A DNA stretch of 64,000 bases from Tubiluchus corallicola (lineage: Eukaryota; Animalia; Priapulida). Positions 37,459 to 52,300 of the stretch are shown here, piece after piece. Each line of letters starts with the position of its first letter. Positions within the stretch are counted from its first letter, which is position 1. The DNA is taken from assembly GCA_030141605.1 (NCBI GenBank), contig JAQGDQ010000031.1:744001-808000 (forward strand), given 5' to 3'. Both the position numbers and the translations under genes were made by a program. The notes beneath the pieces are model-generated. The model saw only the letters and a list, made by a program, of their open reading frames with translations, was not told the origin of the DNA and searched no databases.

Positions 37459-40278
37459 TTAATAGTCACTGTCACTTAGATACAAATCCTCATCCTTAAC
37501 ATAACCTTCTGTTTTTGTCGATGGAGTATAACTGTTATCCTCATCACTATTATCATCTTGTTCTATAAAACTATTTTCAATGTCTTCTGCTTGAGAATCA
37601 TTTACTGTTTCAACAAAGCTGTCCATGTCGGGAGTATTCTTCCCTATAGTTACCCTGTTATCGCTTTCTTCCGGAGTGTCAGGCACAATGAGTGATGAGC
37701 TGCTATAACCGTGGTCAAACTTCAAATCATTTCCTGCTTTGTTATTGTCAGCAAACGATACGTCTTTGCTAGCTACTGGCTCGGGAGTATTTGATTCACT
37801 ACTTACAAGCCGACGAATCCTCCTGTATGTCGGTTTCGCCACTGGGGAATTATCACAGTCTATGTCAAACATAGCATCTGAATTCTCTTTTATCACAGGA
37901 CTACCGCTTTGCCTACTACCAGTAGCAGCATTTGCTTCAGAACTGTCTAGCAAACCGAGTGATGAATCCTGATGGCTGGTTTCATTTCTTTTTAGTGGAT
38001 CGAGTTTGGTGGAAACATTCAAGCTGTCCATATTTTCTTGAATCTCTCTGAGATCAGTGATTGACAAATTATCATCAGAATTATTACTCGTTGAATTGTC
38101 TGCACCAGTAGCAGAAAACCTGACATCGGCGTTAGGAGAATCAACGAAACTATCCATAACACGGCGCACTCGCCTGAATTTCGGCACTGCGACTGGCGAA
38201 TCATCGTCAGTGTCTGACATAATTTCTACTTCGAGTTCACTATTTTCAGCACTCTGGTCTCTGTCTGATGTATTCAACAAGTCATCTGAAAGGCGATGAG
38301 GTCTTCTGTGTTTTGGTGCAGCAATTATTGACTCGCTAAAGTCCGGCAATGCATCTTCATAGTTATCGTCGTCATCATCTGAGACATCCGATGACTCCTT
38401 ATCGTTGACTGCTATTGCCTCTTGTTCTTCGAACACTTTACTCTTTCGAGGAGTACGCTCCAACTTTGCTTCAGGATCATCTCTTGGAGTTGTAGTGAAT
38501 TTGTCGTATTTTCCACTAGCATCAGAACTGTGCAAGCTTTTGTTATTTGCAATGCTAATGCCTTCAACATCCAGTTCTGGCTCTATTGTTACAAGTGGTA
38601 CCGACTCATAATTACTGGAAGAGTAGCCGCCTTTGTTTGTGAAACTACTGCGATCTTGCAAATCTGTGGAAACTGTTTCCTATAAAACAGAGAACATTAA
38701 TTTCATTCACAAAAAGAATTTGGCAGTTCACGCAATAACATGTCAATTTGTAGCAAAATAGAATTGTGTGGATCTAATGAAGCTAAATACAACTTTGAAA
38801 TGATTTAAACATTTAAATTTCGTGGTTCTGCAAATGCAACCCATGTAAGAAAAATAAGCTCAACTCTCTGTAAGGTGAGATTACCATTCAAAGGCAGATT
38901 GTACTTAACATAAGGGTTGTGGGATCACTGGAACCCATCTCACAGTTAAAGATAATCCCGTAATATGAGATACTGGATCAGCAGAAATGGCTAGCCATAT
39001 TCACCTTGACATACAGGGTGTCAGAAAATGATAACCTGCCACACTTAGAAGTAATGAAAAAGTAGCAACAAATGCTTTTTAATATTTAAATCATTATAAT
39101 ATTTCTTATTTAAGATGTATTTAAAATTCTTTCCAAGTCTTATTCCCAGAAAAAAAATCAACAAAATTGTTGAACAAGAGTCAATTAAGTCACCATTCAC
39201 ATTGAAAAACCCTATATGAATCATATTGTTTATGACTATTAGAGCTGCAACATGACAGTACTAGATATTAAGATAAGTTGCTGTTAAAAGAAAAATGGAC
39301 CCCATCTTAAACCATAGGCCAAAACATTCTACCGTACAACAATTATTACCAAACAAACACAATTTCGAGTTCACGCGGCTAGTTCTTTGCTGTTACATGG
39401 ATTTCGCCATTTGCTAGTTAGACAGATGCTAGCGTCTGCATTTCGGAAATGCATTGCACAAAAAACAGATACTGTACATCTGTGTGCAGCGGCGTTCGTT
39501 TGTGATGTAGTGCACACGTTTGAGAGCTCATGCATGAGCACAGTGGTAAATTTGAAATTATGAATTTTTATCTTAAAATTTACCAAGTTTTAGTATATCA
39601 CGATGAATGTTGTCCAGCAGCACTGTACTTCAATTTTCACTTTTGCAAAAATGCGCAACATGCTCATGGAATGTTTTTGCCGTTGAAAATTACGTTCAGT
39701 TGTGATGTCATCAGTAGCGGGCCTCGACCGCCTTTAATTAAGTTTTTAATCTATTATTTAATTATCAGAAATGCTTTTGGAGTATTATTGGTGACTAAAT
39801 GCATACTTTTTACCAAACTTCAAAATGAGGTAGGACATGAAAAATCATCCTGTTTTCCTTTACATGTTCTTTCTCATGTTTCATTGGTTTCTTCTGTACA
39901 GTGAGGAAAGGGGCCTCCATTATTTTCTGATACACAATATATCCTCCCTCAGTTGGGTATATAACCAGAGCCATTTTGTTTTGTGAATTCTTGAAAATTT
40001 GTGACCACAACATTTTTACAAATGTAATCTGGTCACGCATGCCACATTACTCACATCAGCAATGGTAACAGCTGCCAGATCTTCACGAAGATGCTGTTCA
40101 GCATCGTCCAAATCATCAAGTACAACAAGAGGAGTGTTTCTGGTGTTTTCCAAATAAGTGGGTAAATCAGTCGTAACTTCATCGTGAACAGGTGACTTGG
40201 CCTCTGCAATAGAGGAAGCATACAGGTAGATATATAAAGTCCATTTAAGATAAATAGTAATAGTAATAATAATAGTAG

Positions 40279-40332
<54 letters not shown>

Positions 40333-43300
40333 TAGTAGTAGTAGTAGTAGTAGTAGAAGCAATAATAGTAGTTTCAGTAGTGAGTAGCAGCAGTAGAAGT
40401 AACAGCAGTAACAGTAACAGTAAAGCTAGTAGTAACGGCAGCAGCCGCCATTGTTGTAGCAGCAACAGCACTAGTAGCAATATTAAACAATAGTAATAGT
40501 AATATCAAAGAATAATAAATATCGCATTTATATAAAGAGTAACATGCGCTTTCCATGTGTGCCAAAGTAGTTCATCTCACTTAAAATTTTCAAACAATAC
40601 TTATTATTGTTAATTAAACATAATTAGTGTATCAACTACAAACTATGCAAACAAACACAAAGCATCTGAATACAACATAAAGAAACAAAAAGATCTGCAA
40701 CATTGGCTACACTGCATGCTGGAATTCATTTACAGCAACACCTGACTAAATTAAAAATGTTATCATCATGTTTACTGAGCGACAATCGTATCGACTACTG
40801 TAGCCATTATCAAACTATACATCAAGCCAGAAAAGAAGGGTAATTAATACATTAATGATACAAAGGCATAAACTGAAACTACAAAACAACAGAGCAGAAT
40901 TTCACTTATCAAAATAAACGACTTTCTAAAGGAAGAAATTTCAGAGAAATGTACAAATTGCATAAATAGCGTTAAAATTTAGGAAACACTTGAAAACGAC
41001 TTCCACTAGATGTGTAAAGTTTAAAATGAAAATGCAGATGCAAAGAAATCACATTTTTGTACATTATTAACAATAAATATAAATTATCAATATTTGCAGT
41101 CTCCAAAGCTATGAGTAAACTCAAGTCTTATATCAAAAAAACATTACTAGTTTAAAAATGCGTACATTTTCACCTTCTATCTATAACCTCAAGCCAGTGT
41201 ATTCATGTTCTACATATGCCTAGTCATTTTAAATATTAGTGCTAGTTACAGTAACCTGGTTAAACTTTCCAAACTCCAGTTTCCAAGAATATATAATATA
41301 ACTTTTGTCTAACCACACAGTTAGACAAAAGTGTTTAGCAAATTGAAGACTGCTTATTTCGTATCAACACAAATGCAACTAGTACATTAAAAAATACAGA
41401 AATTTCAATAATTAAAGCATTTTAATATAAATAGTTATAAAGAAATTGTAATAAAATTTTACGTACTTGGCTTTGTTGCTACCACATTAGGATTCTTTTG
41501 ATTTTCTTCATATAACTGAACATTTAAGTCAGATTCAGTCTGCATAGAAGACAATGCCTTTTGCACCTGTGTTAAACAATTACACTTTGACTTATATTAT
41601 AAATTTATTTTTTTTCAAAAAGTAAATTTAATCTCTTATGCACATTGGTTATCACAAGTAATAACAATTCTATAAATCAGATTATCATAATGATTACATT
41701 TTATTGATTTTTATTAGGCAGCCCATTTTCACTTGCTGCTGTGACGTTTGATGCAACAGACCATCACACATTGTTTGTCGTCTCGGTTCCAATTTCTATA
41801 ATCTGTTAACTGAAAGTCCTGTCAGAATGGCATGTACCATTGTACATAACTGTTTTTGCAGCAACAGTATTAAAAAATATTTTACCCGAGCTTGTATATA
41901 ATCTTCCTCTACACCGGCTCCCTCTAGTTCTTCTTTACTTGCTTGCTGACTGAACATCAAGTCATGATCGCTGATTCCAAAAATATCTGAAAATGGTACC
42001 AGTACATGAATTTCTTTTAATGAGATAAGTTAATAAACAATGAAGAAAAATTGCAAATATTTCTTGTATTGTTACATCAAGGTTTTTCAAATTAATGCTT
42101 GCTTTACAAAACAGAAGAACAGCAAATAACACTAACTTAGATAGTGTACATTCATTGCAGTGAAATATAGCCTATAACTGTTTTAGAGTTTTCGTCGCTG
42201 TTTGCTATTTTCATACTTGACGCAACGCCTTTTCATTAACTGTTCTATGACTACGTCACTGCGCACATCATGCATCATCGAATTTGACCCATAAAAGAAG
42301 AGAAGACCACATTTTGCAACGTAACTGTGGCTCGCAATTTTGTGCATTACGTAAAGCGAGAAAAACGAAGAAAAAATACCAAAAATTGTTTATTTGTACT
42401 AAAATACTGCATTTTAGTCAGCGTGTAACACGTACTATTTTCTTCTCGATTAACTGAATTATTGTTCAATTATTGATTATATTGATTTATACATCGCTGT
42501 AGTACCGATTAATTTCATTAATCTAGTAATCGCACGTCATTGCGAGTTTCTACCATTATTTTGCATTATTATGTATTACATTTTGCAAACAGTTTGTTCA
42601 TGCTTATCATTCACTTTTCACAGGAACTGAGGCATGAGGCCCAGACATCTTGTTGAAACACCTGGCTCTACTTTGACCTTTTTTCAAGAGGATATATTTG
42701 TATTCATGGGTTTGACTAGCACATTCCACCAATATATTATATATTATTGACTTTACGGGTAACTCGACAATATTTTTATATTAGTTTAGCTAAGCTCTGT
42801 ATGTCCGTTGCAGCAAAATACAATAAAGATGAAATGAGTTCACATCAAAATGGTTCTTTTTTACCGTCTGCATGGAATTATTTTACTGAAAAATGACAGG
42901 ATTCAAGTAATTTACAAAAATAACCCGTTAATAGGTGTCTCTGTATATAACGTTACAACTAACGCTGACCTAATGAATAGAGAAATGCTATATGTTCATC
43001 TAGCTCCGTGTAAGTCTTTCGCTGACGCGTGTGCAACTCCTCCAACTGCTTCTGAGTGTTAGAGAAGTGAGGATCATCGAGTGTGAATAATTCAAAAAGT
43101 TCTTGTCTGGAGAAGTACCTTGTAAAAACAAACATAACACCTGTCACTAATTAGTTTTTAGCCACATACAAGCAACATTGTTACTGGTAATGTGCATTTC
43201 TCACAAGCAATTGCCATAAAAATATGATTTAGAGATGGCAAACATGAACAACAGTTGAAAATACTGTTTCATTTATCTTTTAAAATTTACATGCCAAAAA

Positions 43301-46300
43301 AAAAGTGTGACTTGTATGGCTGCCACACGCAAATTTAGTATTAGAGCTTAGAGGCCTATATAAATGCAACAGACATGACGCTTTTTTAACACATTATTGT
43401 GATTACACAAAGAATTCATAGTTATTATTAAACAAAAGAAATTTACAAATTAAATAAACTATCTTTTTCTGGAGAATTTCGAATGCATGCACTGGGGTAA
43501 GATCGCCATGTTTCGTGTTTTTGGCATGAGTGAGTGAGAATGTCTCACGAAGTACAGAAAGTGTCTTTGGTCACCTCGTGACTGTACTTATAACATCATT
43601 TGTCTAAACAACGAAAAATGGCGTTTTTTTTCAAATTTAATACCACTAACAACAAAGTGATAAAAAACCAAAAGAAACAAGTTTCACAGTAAGTTTATAA
43701 TAAAATAAATTAAATATTTGCAATGAAAAAAGGATTTTAAGTTGTAAAAAACTTATATTAAATTAAATAAGCTGTGGAAAATTACTGACTCATAAGCAAA
43801 GTAAGTTCTCAGTAGGTAGTAAAAATTATTAAATAGTACACCAACATGGCTCTAACTGATAAAAAATAGTAACAGATAAAAAATTACTTTTGCTTTGTAA
43901 CTACTAATGGCAGTAACACCTCATTTTCCAAAAATGAATACCTAACACTGATTACTGCAACCAGTTAAAAATTTGCTAAAAATTACTCACAAAGATAATA
44001 TCGTAACAAGTGTTAAAGTACACCCCATTTGTTCTATTCAGACGTGTCGATTAGTAACCTACTAACAAATATACAGCGATGAATTTTCGCTAATTTTTCT
44101 GGATAACTAATTCTTTGTTTGAAAGCTACAGCTCTTAAAAAATTTCTTAGGCTTATTTTATGCCAATTTTACCTGTATGGGTTTTTAACACCCTCAGTTG
44201 TCTGTTGCGTAAGGGAATTTTTGAAGATTTGTCTTCTATATATCTTTTCTTCTACCGTGCCACAAGTTATCAAGCGATAAACCACAACTGGCCTGTAGAA
44301 ATAATAAGCTAAGGGTAAGATTTCAAGATTTTTTATTTATCTAGCATAATATACAGACTTGTGCATTTCTATAAACAATTTAACACTGTAGCTTCAATTC
44401 AATTACATACATTGATGTCTGTGGCTGAGAGGACATGAAGATGGGAATACAGCGGCATAACTTAAAGGCCAACTCGAGAAGAAACAGAAAAGGAGAAAGA
44501 GAAGGATTGATGAGAAGGAGATTAGGCACCGAGAATCAGAAAAGCTGTTGATGTGAAAATCGATGCTGCGCCGACAACGACGACATTCACAATACAATAT
44601 TAATAACAATAATAAATAATAATAATAATAATGATGATGATGATGATGATGATGATAAAAAATTCAAATTGTGGAATAATAGCATTCATCCGTTAATAAT
44701 TGCCAAAAATTAGTATATTTATACGAATAAACTACTACTAATTCAAGAAAAATAATGGACACGGTAAGTGATTATTGTGTTCCTAAGTGAACCAGAGACA
44801 GTTGTTGACAAACATTTTACTTTCAGGACAAAGCCACACAAACTAAAGGTATTTCCTAACATTTGTCCATCTGCAAAATCAAATGAATATAGGGAACGAC
44901 ATGATGGAAGTTTGCGAGTCGCGAAATGCTAATATAATACAGCACAAGCAAAAAAGACAAAACATGCTGTTAACATGCACGAAGTGCTACACTTTATTAA
45001 AACACACAATGTAGTCAAATTTTTTGAATTTTTTAAGGCAGTAAACTGTAGAATTGTTTTAGCTTACTAAGTATTATGATGCTCCTTTTGCTGTCAGTGC
45101 AATGTATACTCTGACTGGGTAAGAATTTGTTTGATATAGAACTAATCAAAGTGCATTAGTAAATGAATGAACTTAAATTTAAAAATTAGATCTGTTTGAG
45201 CCTTACAAGAAATGTGTCAACAGAACCTTGAAACAACCAAAACTGACCTTCCCAGGACTGTCCATAACCAAATAAAATTAAAATTCACAATTCTCAATAT
45301 GTTAAAAGATAATTTGGTGACAAAATTTTTCCCACTATTTAAATATGTCAGAGTTCAAGCTCTACTAGATGTCTGCTGACACTAAACGCATTTATTACCA
45401 AAGTTTGAAACACAACGTTTTAGCAGGTTTTAAGTCAAAATTATTAGATTAACATTACTATTCAACGAACTAATAATTTAATTTCACACACAATTTAATG
45501 TTACTGATAGTAATCTACCAAAACGTTGTATTTCAAACTCAGGAAATAAGTCCATTTAGTGATGAAGTTTTACATCACCGAATTGACTTTACTGTTTATT
45601 CAGAAGACTTAGATTTCAATACAATTTTTGTGCCGATGAAAACATTTGGCAGAAAAATGTTTACAAGTTGTAATTAAGGGTTTATTCATCATTTACTTAC
45701 CTGGTCTGTCCGATCCTGTAAGCACGGTCAACTGCTTGAGCATCAATTGCTGGATTCCAGCTAGGGTCAAACACTACTACTCTATCAGCAGCGGTCAGTG
45801 TGAGACCCACTCCTCCAACCTGAGTGGTCAACAGAAACACGGAATAGTTATCATTTTTCTGGAATTTTTGTATAAGAATTTCTCTTTCAGCAGGCTTTGA
45901 GATAGTACCATCTAATCTAAGCAGCTTATAGCCCTAAAATAAACCAGAAAAGGTACAAAATCATAATTAAATTCGACCACGATAAATAGAATATTCCCAT
46001 AAAACAATTCAAATAAAATAACCAATAACTTTACCATTTCTAGCAAGAAATTGAAATCAACCCAAAAACCTGGTAACTTAACTGTATGTTGAGAGACACC
46101 ATAAAAGATTGCCTATTATGAAACAGAACTTCAAAGTTAAATAACTGATATTTTTAAAAGAATACGAAATGAATAATGACAGAATACACAGTTACTTAGT
46201 GCTTTGTTCATCACAAGACTATATATAACAACACTATCATATCTACATTTTACAAAAATCTCAACCAGAATCACAAATAATGTCAAATAAACTGACCTTG

Positions 46301-49300
46301 TAAAAAGACATCAATCAATAGCTCATTTAATCGTTTGAATTGAGGTGCCTGTTTCTAGTAAAATCTAGCAAAAGAACTAGTTTAAAACAACAACTTTAAC
46401 AGCATACTTTGTTTTGTAGTATACGTTCTACTATATCAAGTATCTTCCGGGACTGGGAAAAGAATAATGTCCGATGGCCGTCTGCTTTCAGCTGGTCCAG
46501 TAAAGGAAACAAAACGACGAACTTTCCAGACTCCATTGTCAGATCAAAATCACTAACGTGATCGATTTTCATATTCATGGCATGAGGAGACGTGTCTGGA
46601 CCAGTAGTGTCACCCATATCTAACCTAAACAAAACATAAATCAAATTTGTTATCACAGAATTCCCCACACTTAGTGTTAAGCAAGAGCCAGTGCTTAACT
46701 TTTACTGAAGTACAGACAAAATCTTTGAAAGCACCTTCATGTTTAATTTTCAAAATTTTTTCCAGCTGATTCATTGATTTTAGTAATACATTAAAAACAG
46801 AAAAAAGCTCTGGTCTGATGGCTCAGCCGACTCTTATTCTGAATAGAGTCTGTCTGTGTTTCTTCGCTATTTCCTTGAGACTGCTGATCTGATTCCAACC
46901 AAACTTGCACAGCAGTCTGAACTCTACGTGTGCAATACAAAATTTGGTTGATACGGTGATGATTGTAGCTTAGCAAAGCCTGAAAATATTCTAAAATTGG
47001 TACAACAGCTTGAGAACTGCTGAAGTAGTGAAGTCAATACTCAGTAGTTTACAATCTCTGGTAATTATTTAAAAGACGTCAAAGCCAAAGTTAGGAATTT
47101 TATAATGTCACCTTCACAAAAGTCGTAAGACTTAAATTGAACATCCAAACCGTCAAACATTATCAGCCGCCCGACTTCTTTCTCTACTTTGTTGAAATAA
47201 ATATTTTTGTTAGGCCTTGGTACACTGTTAAAGTACAAAGTGCACAATGAATCCTATGATTGCTGCTGAACATAATTTGCAACTACTGCAATTCTGTGAA
47301 ACTTCACTAATGTCTTGTGAAATTTAGTACTCATATGAATGAAAGACTATAAACAGCTAATATAGATAACACTCTTACACACAAAATTTTGAGTGTTACA
47401 AATAATAGCAAAAAAAACAGAATAAAATATAGCTAGTTGCTGTCGGATTACATTTCAAAAATGTTTAGCTTTCCTATACCCAGTTTCCACAATTATGAAT
47501 TCAGAAATAATAAACATGGCACAACAGATTCACATAGAATACATTTTGAAAAGTCGAAGAAGTTCAGAACTTACCCACTTTCACCATCTAAGCCTAACTG
47601 AGCACAAGCGTTTCTGGACAACAATCTAGGATGATCACAGAGTTTCTTTAAAACAGTCAGCTCAACAAGAGGTGATCGACTCGTCATCAATAACTGTGTG
47701 AATATGTTTTAAAAAATAATTAATAATCTTCATTCAATAAATGGATAGATAGATAAGCAATAGTAAATGATAAGCAAGTAGGTATCAATCAAATTCAGTC
47801 AAAAACATACATCTAACTATTACAAACTTAGATTAAGCATAAACATCACAGTATGACGTGCATAATTAATCGATAGCCGCCGAAAGCACGAATCCCGTGA
47901 AAACGTGGCTTTGGACCCTGAAAACCTGGCTTTGGAGACTTGTTTGCCACGAATGCTATGCAAATTATGCAAAAAAACTTAGGTTACTAAACATACTCAC
48001 TTCCTTTATCTGATCTAGAGCCAAAAAATCCTGGTATATCTTCTGTTGAACATCAGTTAGAAACAACCAAACGATGAACTCATTCTTCTGAGGTAAGTTA
48101 TTTGAAAAGCTAAACAAAGGATAAAGAAAAAGTGTTCTGGCTTCAAACAGCATCCAAAACAACAAAATGGTATCACTGATTCAGTTTAGTAACATATGTA
48201 TGATAGACTGCCTATTATCATTTTGTTGTAGATAATTTCTTTAAAGCACTAGATGAAAAACGTTGTGATGTTAAATGTAAAGATGAATGATTTGGTAATA
48301 CGACATACTTTTTTCTGAAGACAGTTTCCGAAAACAATAACCTCTTCTTCAAACGATATGATACGATGTTATTTTGAACGACAAAAACAACACTGAAAGT
48401 TTGGTTAGTTGTGCAAGGAATCTCAGTGTATTGCAACAGTGTATTTTCTTTTCTAAAAAAAGGAGCAGCTGAGGCAGTGACCAATGGGTCTTTCTCTGCT
48501 CCTACTCACATAATATGTTATAGATTTTGCTTTTACTACGCATTAGTTTCCCTATTAATATATAGATACATGTAATTTATGACAAAGTTTTAGTCTTTGT
48601 TTAGTCATAAAATAATATCAATATGTGACAGATAAACATATTATGTATAGACCTGTTACTACATAATATATTTATTTGTGAACCCATAAATGCGACAATG
48701 CCTCTAAAAATACCGAACTTGGAACACGTGTGTCTATAAACAGACTGAAGACAGCTGCTATTGCATGAACAAATACAAAGAGGTTATTGGTACAACCTTA
48801 TTTCAATAAATAACTCTTTTTTTCGATTTTTTTTTGCATAATCCTAGTGCACAAAGGAAAAAGCTAAATGCTTTTATAAATGTGAGCGATATGTAGTGGT
48901 ACACACCGAATTCAATGCAAAAACTACATTCCTAGAATCATATCGATATGATAACGATAAAAACTAATTTTCCGTATAGATACTATTATCAACACCATAT
49001 TGTTATCGTTAACATTCTTACAAGTCACAACATGTACTAACTTTTGTTGGTCTGCATTAACAGTAGTAACTGACAAGCTATGAGTTTTCTCATTTCCCCT
49101 GTTTTCCTTGTTTCCGTCCGGATCTTCCATATTCACATCAGCCTTCGTTCGGCGTAAGAAGTATGGACGGATGAGTTGCCTCAAACTCTGTGCCATTTCT
49201 TCACCTAATCTTTTCTCACCCGGAGTCGCATCTTTCTCTCTAGACTGCAAAGGAAGCTTAAAAACATGTAAACACGAAACCTTGTGTTTTTGCAGGCACG

Positions 49301-52300
49301 CACGCATGTGCACTCACACACACGTACGCACACACACACACACATATATCAGGATCGCACTAAAAACATTTAATATGCAGGGTAATCATATATCAAATTA
49401 TATATGTAAACAAAGAACAAAAGAATAAGTATCAAGAATAAAAACAGCAATGAGTAAAGAAATTCTCATAAAATGAATTTTTGCATGTATCTCTGTGCAC
49501 TGAAATCACAAATCTAGTTAAGCCACATATTAAAAAAAGGGGGAATAAAAACATACGCACGGCATAAAATTGCACTTTAAAAATAAAAAAGTGAGTTTTA
49601 AAACTGCTTAAAGAAATATTACTCACATTTCCAAAGTAAAAAAACAATTTATTTAAAATACCATATATGGCTTAAATGAAGAGCCGAGACACACATAAAC
49701 CCTTAACCAAAGACTTTATCCTCCTTTTAAGTAAAAGGCAATTGATTAATATTTATTAGTAATATAGAAAGCACATTATACATCTGAAAATATGGCCTTG
49801 CGACACCGTATGTGCAAAAAATTCGCAAAAATTAGAAACGATAAGATATACAGCACAAACTAAATCTAGCAAACAAAAATGTTCCGTGTGTGTAACATGC
49901 ATAAAAATAAAACTATTAAAAGTTACGATATCTTAAAATCTATGAGAAATAAAATGGAATTCTTAAATTTAAAAGTATTTGATTTTCTTCTTAAATGTTG
50001 ACAAAATTAACTAAATTCTCCACCATTGAGACTCCACCAACAATGACACGCTGTTGTAAACAAGCTTTTACATTCAAAATAAATTATGTGCTCCACCGTT
50101 AATCAATATTGTGAAGTGGAGTACTTGAGATGTCATCAGAGGGGCAGAACGTCTAATTAACTACGTCCAACTGGCGATGCATATATTTTACTAACTCACC
50201 CGCTTAATTATGTTGCCATATTCAGCCATGAAAGTTCTCATTGTTCCTAACAGCGCCCCCTTCTGTACAAAGTCATATAACGCCCACAACTCCTGCAACA
50301 TTAGTATAAACAATTAGAAATCTGGAAAGTTTTTCGAGGCTATAGGCCTGTAATAACAAATACAGTTATGTGATATTACACCACTGCTAAAATAGTGAGG
50401 AGGTTTTAAATAGGAAAGCGACATCTCCAAATGCTCTATCCGGTCCAATTTTAGATATCACGACATGGCAGAACAATACACAATGTCTGTTAGTGCTACT
50501 TGTGTTAAAATGATAACCCGTCAGACCAGGAAATTAAAAGACTTCTTCTACTAAGTGAACCATCAAATTTAAATGAGGTGAACAAAAAAGGAATAATTCC
50601 ATTTAGTCATGAAATCAAGACAGAATTGTTGAAAAAACTTAATACGTTAGTACAAAAGGTTTTTGGTTCAATTGCGTATTTGAGAGATATCTAAAGTAAT
50701 GAACTCACAAAGTTAAAATGGTTGAAACTCGTGCTCAAAATCATGTACTTAAGCTGAAAACCGTGATTACATTTCTTTAACTGAGAATACTACATAAGAA
50801 ATGTAAAAATTTATTCTATATCACCATTGCGCAGCAGTTCACATTATTAACGGACAAAGTGTGAATAGTTTTGCTAAAATTCAAGTGCTTGTGAGTTTGT
50901 TTTGACACTGCTCAGATACGATATATTGGAACCAGATCTGACATATTTGATTTTGATACCAGTAAGTAACAATTAGGTGTGTCTTTGCATTTTTGAACTT
51001 TGAAACTTTATTACCTAGAATGCTTCTAAAATGTAAAATTGCAGTGAAAGCAATTTTACCGATGTAAAGTTTTTTCAATATTTCTGTTTAATTTTGCAGC
51101 TTTTCTAGGAAATTTGGTTACTCACTTTGCAGTATAACCTCAAATACATAAACCATTAAAATGACACAACAAAAGAATGCCAATGTATATTCAAACAAAT
51201 CATTTATCTGGTTAAACTCAAAAATGCATTTACAACCAACCCTCAAGTCATTCTGTAGGGGCGTCCCGCTCAACACAAACCGAGTCCTTGCTGAAATAGC
51301 ATGAGCTGCTTTTGCTGTCTTGGTAGGATTCTTGATTTTGTGACCCTCATCTAGAATAACTACATCCTAGATATCAATACAAATTAATACAATCGTTCCA
51401 CAAATGAACATGAGTGCCAAAATATAGCAGAGTATTATATTTCTGAAAACCTATTTTGACCATTTTCTTTGCTTTGCTAAAAATCGATGGTGTTACATAA
51501 GCATCGTACACCCTGTTCAAAATCAGGCTACCATCAGGCTGCATTGGCCAGAACCCCAAAATATGTAACATTTTTCTAAAAACCGAAAGGCAAGTTAGCT
51601 GAAAAAGTGCAGGTCATGTCTCCTCCCAGATATCTCATCATCTGTGTAATTGCTAGTCAGCTTCTGAATAATGGCACTTGGAGTCATTAAAAATGAATTT
51701 ATATAAATGTTGAAAGAAGTGTAGATTTGTAAATCTACAAGCAAACCAAAAGCAAATCATGGAGATTGTAAAAAAGGTTTCTCGTTGCTAGCTGGTGCAA
51801 TTTTTACTTCCTAACTTAAAGCAAATGGCTCTGCTGATGCACATCAGTCAACCAGGCATAAAGGAAAACTGACAAAAAGATGGCACCTATGGAACTGTAT
51901 TGTGATTAAGATCACTTACCCAAGTGAAATGTTTGCCTCTGTAGTTTGATAATTCTTCCCAAGACGTTGAAATCGTCCCGTAAGTTGTCATAAGAACGCC
52001 ACCTCGTCGTTGCACTTTATCCAGAGCGCGCTCTTTTTCTTTTTTGCTACTGCCATGATACACATGCACTATGATGCCAGGAGCCCTGCAATACAATTTG
52101 CATAAGAAAAAAGTTATACAAGTTGAGGTTGACTGCTTTAACAAACATACTCCTTGATAGTGAAATTTGGTAGTGCCTTTTAGTGATGGGCAATTTAGAA
52201 ATTTTGTAATTCATTTACAATCTTGCTTTTGCAATTCGATATCACGACCAAGCTTTCACGACGATTTTTAGTGTTTTACTTACATTTTTCAATGGTTGCA

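Noticed and set aside
37739-38685. Plus-strand ORFs
   Set aside because: Antisense shadows of the large ERCC6L last exon.
39530-39904. 124-aa ORF with an apparent paralog at 62307-62561
   Set aside because: Both lie in copies of one non-coding dispersed repeat, and the frame is not preserved upstream.
40016-40565. Poly-Leu/Tyr/Thr ORFs
   Set aside because: (AGT)n microsatellite; only 40055-40203 is an ERCC6L exon.
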